Shown one piece after another: positions 24,909-32,509 of a stretch of DNA of 32,509 nucleotides. Numbering within the stretch: the first letter of the stretch is position 1; every line of letters begins with the position of its first letter. Source of the stretch: Verrucomicrobiota bacterium (GTDB taxonomy: Bacteria; Verrucomicrobiota; Verrucomicrobiia; Limisphaerales; CANJXF01); NCBI GenBank assembly GCA_038214755.1, contig JBBQRQ010000056.1:1-32509 (forward strand), written 5' to 3'. The position numbers and the translations under genes are program-made. A model generated the notes under the pieces. The model did no database searches. It was given only the letters and a program-made list of their open reading frames with translations, and had not been told where the DNA came from.

Positions 24909-26360
24909 ATGAACAACAGCAATCAAATCAATCGGCGAAACTTCCTAAAAAGTTCTTTGCTCGCTGGCGCTGCGCTCAGTCTGCCCGTTCATTCGTGGTC
25001 GCAAGTCCGCGGCGCGAGCGATGACATTCGCGTCGCGATCATCGGCTTCAACGGCCAGGGCAAAGGAGACCTCGAAGATTTCCGCAAAGTTCCGGGCGTG
25101 CGCGTGGTCGCGCTCTGCGATGTCGATAAAGAAGTGCTCGAACGCGAGGCCAAGAAATTTCGCGACCGCAATGAGCCAATCGAGACCTACACCGATGTCC
25201 GAAAATTGTTGGAGAACAAAGATATTGATGCGATCTCCACCGCCACACCGAACCATTGGCACGCGCTGATTTCGATTTGGGCGATTCAAGCGGGTAAAGA
25301 TGTGTACGTGCAAAAACCTGTCTCGCATAACGTGAGTGAAGGACGGCGTATCGTGGAAGCCGCGCGCAAATATAAAAAAATGGTACAGACCGGCACGCAA
25401 AGCCGGTCCAGTGAAGGATTGCGCGAAGCGGTTGAGTGGGTGCGAGCGGGTAACATCGGCAAAATAAAAGTGTCACGCGCGATTTGTTACAAACCGCGCG
25501 GCAGCATCGGGAAAGTCGGCGCTCCACTGCAAATTCCCGTGAACATCGACTACGATTTGTGGTGCGGCCCAGCCGCGAAACTTCCGATCATGCGGAGCAA
25601 ATTACACTATGACTGGCATTGGGTCTGGAACACCGGCAACGGCGATCTCGGCAATCAAGGTATTCATGAAATGGATGTCGCGCGCTGGTTTCTGGGGGAA
25701 AAAGAATTATCGCCGAAAGTTTTCTCCGTCGGCGGACGCCTGGGTTATATCGACGATGGAGAAACGCCGAACACGATGGTGATTTACCATGAGTATCCAA
25801 AGGCACCGCTGCTTTTTGAGTTGCGCGGCTTGCCAACAAAGGCCGGTTCGAAAGAAATGGATGCCTACAAAGGAATCAAAATTGGTGTGGTCGTTGAATG
25901 CGAAGGAGGCTATGTCGTCGTTTCGAGTTACAGGAAGGCCACCGCGTATGATACGGATGGCAAGGAGTTGAAAAAATTTGAAGGAGAAGAAAATCATAAA
26001 ATTAGTTTTATCAAAGCGATGCGGAGCCGGAAGACGAGCGACTTGACGGCAGACATTTTGGAAGGCCACTTGTCGAGCGCGCTTTGCCATACCGGCAATC
26101 TTTCCTATCGACTCGGCTCGCCGCATTCCCGCGACGAAATTGCTGACGCGGTGAAAAACAAAAAGAAGGTGAGCGAAGCTTTATTGCGCGTCGAAGAACA
26201 TCTGGCCGCTAATGACGTCGATTTCACAAAAACGCCTGCCAGGCTGGGCGTGCTGCTGGAGATGGATCCCAAGACCGAACGTTTTGCGGATAATAACGAG
26301 GCCAATCAATTGCTGACACGCGAGTACCGCAAACCGTTTGTCGTGCCGGAAAAAGTTTGA
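24909..26360 (+). CDS. Tat-exported Gfo/Idh/MocA oxidoreductase
   Basis: NRRNFLK Tat motif, Rossmann fold, ATPNHWH, GKDVYVQKP, YDLWCGPA and GDLGNQGIHEMD. Confidence 0.92.
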   Translation: MNNSNQINRRNFLKSSLLAGAALSLPVHSWSQVRGASDDIRVAIIGFNGQGKGDLEDFRKVPGVRVVALCDVDKEVLEREAKKFRDRNEPIETYTDVRKLLENKDIDAISTATPNHWHALISIWAIQAGKDVYVQKPVSHNVSEGRRIVEAARKYKKMVQTGTQSRSSEGLREAVEWVRAGNIGKIKVSRAICYKPRGSIGKVGAPLQIPVNIDYDLWCGPAAKLPIMRSKLHYDWHWVWNTGNGDLGNQGIHEMDVARWFLGEKELSPKVFSVGGRLGYIDDGETPNTMVIYHEYPKAPLLFELRGLPTKAGSKEMDAYKGIKIGVVVECEGGYVVVSSYRKATAYDTDGKELKKFEGEENHKISFIKAMRSRKTSDLTADILEGHLSSALCHTGNLSYRLGSPHSRDEIADAVKNKKKVSEALLRVEEHLAANDVDFTKTPARLGVLLEMDPKTERFADNNEANQLLTREYRKPFVVPEKV

Positions 26361-26468
26361 TCGTTGCACCGTCCAATTCGCCTCAAGCCGCATTCCTCAA
26401 CCATCGCAATTTTGGCGACGCCGGTTCAATAAGAGTAGAATTCCGCGGTTCATCTAAACGCAGACCGA

Positions 26469-28493
26469 TCAATGCGTATCTGTCAGTTTAATTTCGTCCC
26501 ACGATTTTATAATGTAACCACGGGATGCACCTTTTTCACCGAGAGCTTCGTCGTAATGAAAATTAAAATGCCCGTTCATGTGGACAGTTTTAGTCACACT
26601 CGATCCAACAAAATCGTATGTGTTATTGCCGCCTCCCCCTAAATGGAAATCTGCCTGAGGCGCATAAACGACTCCAGTGAAGGCGGCATTGCCACCAAAG
26701 CTCAGATCGGTGTTGCTCGGCAGGCCGAAGTAATAAAAATTTGTAGCGTTGCCGCCGTTGTTGACCACTCCATTTCCGCTGATCCTTGCCGTAGATGCCG
26801 CCACGTATATTTTCAGGCTGGCCCCTGGAAGAATCCAGATGCCGCTCTGGCCCGTAAATTGGACGCTGTCCGTTACATAAAGGGTTGCGTTGCCCCTGAT
26901 TAACACCTTGCCTCCAATGCTGGAAAGACCGTAGTTACCGGAATCAAGGACGTAGTCGTAGGTCACCGTGCCCGAATTGTTTGTCGTGTAAACAGTCTGC
27001 ACCCGACTGTATCCGGAAATTAAAGCATAAGTATAACCCGTGATCCTCCTGTAACTGTAACCAGCTATTTGCTCGTAACTGTAACCTGAAATTTTTCGGT
27101 AGGTATAACTGACAATTTTGTTGTAGGTATAACTAACGATTGAATTGGCGTTGGCGCCGTTTCCCTTGGTGTTTGTTATTACATCTCCCAAGTAGGTTCC
27201 CGCCGCGGGATAGGTGGCATTCGGGGTTGTTGTGACCACGGTATTCGTGGTTATCGAACCCACATAGGCGCCGCTGGACGGAGGGGTATTACTGGTTACG
27301 GTGGCGAGGTTTGTGCCAACTGTTCCAACATAAGAGCCGACAGTAGGAACGTTCGAGCTGGTAATGGTGGCCGTGTTCGTCATTAAAGTACCGAGGTAGG
27401 TTCCACTCGATGGAATCGTTGTGGTCGTCGTTAAAGCAGTATTCGTATTAGGAGTGCCCAAGTATGCGCCGCTGGAGGGATAAGTGGTGGAAGTAGTAGT
27501 AGTGGTATTTGTATAAATAGTTCCGGACCCCGACGGATAACTGGTGCTGGTATTTGTGACACTTGCCATAGTGACCACTACATTGGTCACGGTTTCTCCC
27601 GGCGCACCGGTAGAATAACCGCCGGTAAAAGGGATCTTCACATTCGGAAAGCTGACATTCATATCGTCTCTGGAACGGCCCGGTTGAATTCCTGTCTTGG
27701 ACGTGTCGGCCATCCATGCTTTGTCTCCCACTTTACCGTTCGGTCCAATGGATATGCTCCCGCCCGGCCCAGTTGCAATGTGACCTGAAATATTGGCGTT
27801 TCCCAAGGATAGAGTGTCAACCACTCCATAGTTGACCGCCACATCTCCGCTGTCCTTGGTCTTGAGCGGATTCGGATCGTACTGGCCCAGCGTGCTATAA
27901 GAAGGGTCTTGTGAATCAAAACTGTCGGTCGAAACATTTTGTCCATTAAGATCAATGGATTGTTTAGCCACCATTGCCTTGGTGAAAATTCCGTCGCGGA
28001 TGGTTGTTACTTTGACTTTTCGCCCGACATATTGTGGAGCTTGTTCTACGGTTGTCCCGACCGTGGCGAAAAAAACATCTCCTCCAATCCTTGCCAACGA
28101 GGCCGGCACGTATCCTTCGGAAGTGATTGCGGGGCGCGATTCTGAAAACGGAGAAACAATCATGATCGTAACGGTATAACGATTGTCTCCGAGCCACCGG
28201 GTCATTCGGTAGCCATCCGCAACCGTAGTCCATCCGTCGGCGGTCCAGTTGGGCGTAGAGCTGGTGATATCGCTCTGCAAGCAGTTCTTGTTCAGATGGG
28301 AAATGGCTTCTTCAATCCCAGCCTCGGAGATCGGAATAGAAGAATTCCAGGTCTGCGAGCGCATCACTGAACGATTCTGCGTGCCAATCAAAGTCAGATA
28401 ACTCGCCAGGGTAAAACCAAGGATCCCAATAATAATCAGGGTGACCAGGAGAACACTGCCGTTTCGAGTTTGGTGGAGGAAATTTGTTTTCAT
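26469..28493 (-). CDS. PilX/GspK-like minor pilin or adhesin with internal Thr/Tyr-rich repeats
   Basis: NG|SVLLVTLIII hydrophobic N-terminus lacking E5, SEAGIEEAI helix and C-terminal FTGVVYAPQA...FHYDEAL. Confidence 0.8.
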   Translation of the reverse strand: MKTNFLHQTRNGSVLLVTLIIIGILGFTLASYLTLIGTQNRSVMRSQTWNSSIPISEAGIEEAISHLNKNCLQSDITSSTPNWTADGWTTVADGYRMTRWLGDNRYTVTIMIVSPFSESRPAITSEGYVPASLARIGGDVFFATVGTTVEQAPQYVGRKVKVTTIRDGIFTKAMVAKQSIDLNGQNVSTDSFDSQDPSYSTLGQYDPNPLKTKDSGDVAVNYGVVDTLSLGNANISGHIATGPGGSISIGPNGKVGDKAWMADTSKTGIQPGRSRDDMNVSFPNVKIPFTGGYSTGAPGETVTNVVVTMASVTNTSTSYPSGSGTIYTNTTTTTSTTYPSSGAYLGTPNTNTALTTTTTIPSSGTYLGTLMTNTATITSSNVPTVGSYVGTVGTNLATVTSNTPPSSGAYVGSITTNTVVTTTPNATYPAAGTYLGDVITNTKGNGANANSIVSYTYNKIVSYTYRKISGYSYEQIAGYSYRRITGYTYALISGYSRVQTVYTTNNSGTVTYDYVLDSGNYGLSSIGGKVLIRGNATLYVTDSVQFTGQSGIWILPGASLKIYVAASTARISGNGVVNNGGNATNFYYFGLPSNTDLSFGGNAAFTGVVYAPQADFHLGGGGNNTYDFVGSSVTKTVHMNGHFNFHYDEALGEKGASRGYIIKSWDEIKLTDTH

Positions 28494-28495
28494 AC

Positions 28496-29077
28496 TTATT
28501 GATTCCTTATGACAATTTTTGCGGTTTGGACACTTTCAGAATTGATGAGGTCGGTGGGTAAAAGTTTGCGGGAACAAATCCAATTTATCTGGATCACTTT
28601 GCAAGTCAGTGAAGCATTGGTCCCGCTGGCGACTTGATATTGGTTGAAAGTATTGGAGACGTTGTTTCTCTGATAGAGGTTAAAGTTCAGAAGGGTACAG
28701 TCTTTAAGCAAAGTTTCTGACACTCCGCTCTTAACCCTTTTCAAGGTCTGCTCCGTCTTGTCGTATCTGAAGTAAAGGGGCTGACCATCATAATCGACCA
28801 ACGCCAATTCCTTCTGGCTTGAGTTATCGGTATAGGTATTCAACCCCTGAACTTGTCGAATTTCTCTGGTCATTCTATCTAAAGCATTCCGGCTGGCATT
28901 ATCCAGGTCGGAATAATTCGCCATCGCCGCAAAACTTTGACCACTCCAGAGAGTCATCGAACCGATGACGGCTAAAATGACACAGCCTATGCCCATCGCG
29001 ACCATGATCTCTATCAAACTCATGGCAGAGATGTCCCTTGTTGAGCCGATTTTAATAAACATAGGCTTGAAGTCCAT
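28496..29077 (-). CDS. Prepilin-type protein (PilW-like)
   Basis: SA|MSLIEIMVAMGIG class III signal and ALDRMTREIRQ; the start may be 29062. Confidence 0.85.
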   Translation of the reverse strand: MDFKPMFIKIGSTRDISAMSLIEIMVAMGIGCVILAVIGSMTLWSGQSFAAMANYSDLDNASRNALDRMTREIRQVQGLNTYTDNSSQKELALVDYDGQPLYFRYDKTEQTLKRVKSGVSETLLKDCTLLNFNLYQRNNVSNTFNQYQVASGTNASLTCKVIQINWICSRKLLPTDLINSESVQTAKIVIRNQ

Positions 29078-29504
29078 GCCGTGCGATCAAGGTACTCATT
29101 GCCCTTGTTCTCAAGAGGCCGGTCGAGGTCCAGGTCACTCTTACATCCACCAGCTTCAAGTCATCGCTGTAGGACGTTGTCATGGGCGCATTTGAAATCG
29201 TGACGGTCACCGAATAGTTGAACCCTCCATTGTCATTTGAGTTGACCGCGTAATAAGGCTCATTGACAGCTTGCGTGGGAACGAACCCGGGTGAATTCAA
29301 CTGATCAAACGTATTGAGGCGAATCGACTCGAGTCGTTCAACCATCACTTGGGTTGCCCGAAGGTTTTCTCGTGAGATTTGCGTGACCTTGAACCCTTGA
29401 GACATTCCAGCGTAGAGCGAGATGAAAACTATCCCGCAAACGAGGATGCTAATTACAACTTCGATGAGGGTAAACGCACCCCGTATAGATGGATTGATCT
29501 TCAT
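29052..29504 (-). CDS. Prepilin-type protein (PilV-like)
   Basis: MKINPSIRGA|FTLIEVVISILV, RENLRATQVMVERLESIR and VDVRVTW. Confidence 0.87.
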   Translation of the reverse strand: MKINPSIRGAFTLIEVVISILVCGIVFISLYAGMSQGFKVTQISRENLRATQVMVERLESIRLNTFDQLNSPGFVPTQAVNEPYYAVNSNDNGGFNYSVTVTISNAPMTTSYSDDLKLVDVRVTWTSTGLLRTRAMSTLIARHGLQAYVY

Positions 29505-29539
29505 GGCGACGACAGCTTTAGAACCGGCGTAATTGGGAT

Positions 29540-29555
29540 AGCAGGCCAGATGCCA
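29540..29555 (-). promoter_or_regulatory. Candidate sigma54 (-24/-12) promoter for the prepilin cluster
   Basis: Minus strand TGGCATCTGGCCTGCT, with GG and GC at the exact consensus spacing (TGGCAC-N5-TTGCW), about 35 nt upstream of the ATG. Confidence 0.62.
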
Positions 29556-29887
29556 TTTGGGATCATCGGCTGAGCGATCTTGAAATAGAAGAACAACTCT
29601 CCCTTTAAACGAGCCTTTCTGTGCAACGATTTGCGTGTGAATCCCTCGTGACCACCCAGAAAGAATATTTGCGCCACTTCGCCGATGGCATCCCGAGGTC
29701 CGAACTTCTCCAGTAAATAGACACTGCGTATCTATTTGGTATCCCGGTACACCAGCCAGCCAGTGGTTATGGCCTTTATCGGGAATTTTCGGAAAAAAAC
29801 TCCGAGACCTCCGATACTGAAGGCGACGCAAGCTTGCTACGATTGGATATTTCCTGTTATTTTGCCATCGAAAATTCCGGACTAGTT

Positions 29888-31177
29888 ATGAATCAAATCA
29901 CTTCTCGCCGAACTTTTCTCAAGAGCAGCTTAGTCACTGCTGCCGGTGTGTGGGTTGGAACCACCCCGGGTTTCGGTCGAAGACTTTCCGCCAATGACAA
30001 ATTAAATCTGGGCGTCATCGGCACGGCCAATCGCGCCGCAGCGAATATCAAAGGCGTGCAAAGCCAGAACATCGTCGCCATTTGTGACGTGGATGAAACT
30101 TATCTCGCGGCCGCCGCGGAAAAATTTCCCGACGCAAAAAAATACAGCGACTTCCGAAAACTCCTCGAACAGAAAAATATTGATGCCATCGTCGTCGCCA
30201 CGCCCGATCACATTCATGCGTTTGCCGTCGTCGCCGCGTTGCAATCCGGCCGACATGTTTACTGCGAGAAACCGCTGGCGCACGACGTGCATGAAGTTCG
30301 CGTGATTCGAAAAATTGCCGCGAAAAATAAAAAGCTCGCCACTCAAATGGGCACGCAGATTCACGCCGGGAAAAACTATCGCCGGGTGGTCGAGTTGGTT
30401 CAGAGCGGCGCGATCGGTCAGGTAACGGAGTGTCACGTCTGGTGCCAAAAAAGTCAGACGGCGCAACCCCCAACAGACAACGTCCCCGTTCCAAAAAATC
30501 TGAATTGGGATTTGTGGCTCGGTCCTGCTCCCGAACAGCCTTATCACAAAATTTATCATCCACACGATTGGCGGGCCTTCTGGGATTTCGGTTGCGGCAC
30601 GCTGGGCGACATGGCTTGCCATTATGTTGATTTGGTTTTCTGGGCGCTGAAGTTGCGCGCGCCGCTGACGATTTCCGCCGAAGGGCCGGAGGTTGATCGA
30701 AAAATTACGCCGGCCTGGATGATCGTTCACTCCGAGTACGGCGCGCGCGGAGAACTGCCGCCGGTAAAAGTGCAGTGGTATGACGGCGAGAAACATTCCG
30801 TGCCGACGCGCGAAAGAAATTTGCCGGACTGGAAGAACGGCGTTCTCTTCATCGGCGACAAAGGAATGCTTTTTGCCGATTACAACTCGCACAAATTGTT
30901 GCCGGAAGAAAAATTCAAAGACTTTCTAGCGCCCGCTCCCTCCATCCCGGACTCCATTGGACATCACGAGGAATGGATCGAAGCCTGCAAGACCGGCAAA
31001 CCAACCACGTGCAATTTTGATTACTCCGGCGCTTTGAGCGAAGCGGTCCTGCTCGGCAATGTCGCTTATCGCTCCGGAAAAAAGTTGGAGTGGGATTCCG
31101 CAGCGATGAAAGTGACGAACACGCGGGAGGCTGACCAATTTATTCAACGCTCCTATCGCAAAGGTTGGAAAATTTAA
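29888..31177 (+). CDS. Tat-exported Gfo/Idh/MocA oxidoreductase
   Basis: SRRTFLK, VATPDHIH, HVYCEKPL, QMGTQ, WDLWLGPAP and GTLGDMACH. Confidence 0.92.
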   Translation: MNQITSRRTFLKSSLVTAAGVWVGTTPGFGRRLSANDKLNLGVIGTANRAAANIKGVQSQNIVAICDVDETYLAAAAEKFPDAKKYSDFRKLLEQKNIDAIVVATPDHIHAFAVVAALQSGRHVYCEKPLAHDVHEVRVIRKIAAKNKKLATQMGTQIHAGKNYRRVVELVQSGAIGQVTECHVWCQKSQTAQPPTDNVPVPKNLNWDLWLGPAPEQPYHKIYHPHDWRAFWDFGCGTLGDMACHYVDLVFWALKLRAPLTISAEGPEVDRKITPAWMIVHSEYGARGELPPVKVQWYDGEKHSVPTRERNLPDWKNGVLFIGDKGMLFADYNSHKLLPEEKFKDFLAPAPSIPDSIGHHEEWIEACKTGKPTTCNFDYSGALSEAVLLGNVAYRSGKKLEWDSAAMKVTNTREADQFIQRSYRKGWKI

Positions 31178-31252
31178 AACAAGGATGAAGGATTTGAAAC
31201 AGAGTGAGTCGGCCTGCGGACTCCCGCCGCTCGCCGGTCTGCCTGATTTTAT

Positions 31253-31445
31253 CCGGAACTATTCAGTGAAGAGAAACGCTCGACCTCACCCCAGCCCTCT
31301 CCTCCGAGGAGAGGGAGAATATTATTCAGCGCTGGAAAATATTCACCGTTTAATGCCTGATGGCGGACCCTGCTGGCAGGTTCCCTCTCCTCGGGGGAGA
31401 GGGTTAGGGTGAGGGCGAACAATCTGTCCAACTGAATCGTTCCGG
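31253..31445. mobile_element. Composite palindromic MITE-like element (CCTCACCCC..CCCTCTCC family with outer inverted repeat)
   Basis: Outer ccggaactattcagt/actgaatcgttccgg; inner cctcaccccagccctctcc...ggagagggttagggtgagg. Confidence 0.82.
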
Positions 31446-31450
31446 TTTAT

Positions 31451-32242
31451 ATGAATAACTCTTTTCTCTTTTTCATTCAGGAGTTGCGGCGTGGAGCAGC
31501 GCGCGGCGTTGGGTTCATCCTTCTATTTCTTGCGGCCGTGTCGGCAACGGCAGCGCCAGCGCCCCTGAAAATTTGTCTGCTGTCTGGGTCCGCGGAATAC
31601 GATTCGGAGAAATCTTTGACCCAACTGCAGAGTTACCTTGAATCTCATTACACCCTGAGGTGCCAGCGCATCAGTGGACAAGACAAAGGGAACGGACTTC
31701 CCGGGCTGGAGGCGTTGAACGATGCGGATGTGATGGTGGTGTTTACGCGCAGAGTAAAGCTGCCGCGCGAACAGCTTCAGATCATCCAAAAATATATCGC
31801 AACGGGACGGGCCATCATCGGCATCCGCACGGCGAGCCACGCATTCGAGAATTACATGGAATTTGATCGCGAAGTTTTAGGCGGCGGATACAAAGGACAT
31901 TATTCCGATGAACCCGCTGAAGCGCAAATCGCTCCGGGCCGCGCGCAGCATCCCATTCTCGCGGGAGTTACTTCCTTCACCACTCGCAAGCTCTACAAAA
32001 ATCCTACTCTGGCGGATGATGTCCTCGTTCTTATGGAAGCCGCGACCCCGACCTATCGCGAACCAGTGGCTTGGGTGCGTCAGCATAATGGTGCTCGGGT
32101 CTTCTATACCTCGATGGGTATTCAGGAGGATTTTACTCAGGAACCTTTCCTAAAGTTATTAGCCAATGCCGTCTTCTGGACCACGCGACGTGATGAAGTC
32201 ACCAGTCGTCGCAATTTGCGCCCAACGCTGACAACGGATTAA
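31451..32242 (+). CDS. ThuA-like (class I glutamine amidotransferase-fold) exported protein
   Basis: LPGLEAL.DADV.VVFTRR, IGIRTASHAF, EPVAW, RVFYTSMG and LLANAVFW; exact start uncertain. Confidence 0.82.
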   Translation: MNNSFLFFIQELRRGAARGVGFILLFLAAVSATAAPAPLKICLLSGSAEYDSEKSLTQLQSYLESHYTLRCQRISGQDKGNGLPGLEALNDADVMVVFTRRVKLPREQLQIIQKYIATGRAIIGIRTASHAFENYMEFDREVLGGGYKGHYSDEPAEAQIAPGRAQHPILAGVTSFTTRKLYKNPTLADDVLVLMEAATPTYREPVAWVRQHNGARVFYTSMGIQEDFTQEPFLKLLANAVFWTTRRDEVTSRRNLRPTLTTD

Positions 32243-32251
32243 TCCCACAAA

Positions 32252-32509
32252 TCATCTTCGGCATCGGCGGTTTTGGTGGCGGTGGTTCAATGCCCACAGT
32301 AATAGCGCGCTGCTGATAGCAACAAAGCACTGGTTGGTTCGGGGATGGAAACCACGAGATTATCCAGTGACCAGCCGTAGGTGGGAATTTCCACGCGGCT
32401 CAAACCGGTGAATCCTTGGAAATTGAACGTCTGGAAATCAGCAAGCGGGCCAGTGCCGTCAATGATGCCATCAGTTGTTACGTCTAGGGTGACCATGCTG
32501 CCGTCCGGC
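32252..32509 (-). pseudogene. 3' end of a PEP-CTERM protein gene with an apparent 1-nt frameshift in the sorting signal (5' part outside the window)
   Basis: ...SLDNLVVSIPEPTSALLL then stop at 32287; the shifted frame reads ISSALLLWALNHRHQNRRCRR* ending at 32252. Confidence 0.7.

Overview
A 32.5 kb bacterial chromosomal window. The gene repertoire (PEP-CTERM protein, Tat-exported Gfo/Idh/MocA oxidoreductases, PmoA-like and ThuA-like proteins, prepilin cluster) suggests Verrucomicrobiota (Pedosphaera/Limisphaera-like); this assignment is an inference. Minus strand, left part: 5' part of carB, an operon of glycerophosphodiesterase, sn-glycerol-1-phosphate dehydrogenase and a GlpT-type MFS transporter, an M23 peptidase, a SecDF-head-like lipoprotein, a PuuD-like membrane protein, a greatly enlarged valS and cimA. 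Centre and right: pseudouridine synthase, GT2, GST-like protein, PIN-PhoH, an inserted nucleotidyltransferase/small-protein cassette, ggt, RRM protein, GlcD-like oxidase, rhodanese, PmoA-like protein, two Gfo/Idh/MocA genes flanking a PilV/PilW/PilX-like cluster with a candidate sigma54 promoter, a ThuA-domain gene and a frameshifted PEP-CTERM tail. Most striking: (1) ValRS of about 1393 aa carrying two homologous in-frame LPD3-like (polyvalent-protein, possibly nuclease-fold) domains plus three repeat-derived insertions; (2) several REP/REPIN-like palindrome families, both intergenic and translated in frame inside proteins; (3) a toxin-antitoxin-like cassette inserted with a duplicated phoH 3' end that forms a translational-coupling mini-ORF; (4) a candidate sn-glycerol-1-phosphate scavenging operon; (5) a PilX-like protein with matched nested repeats. 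No rRNA, tRNA, CRISPR array or transposase was recognised.
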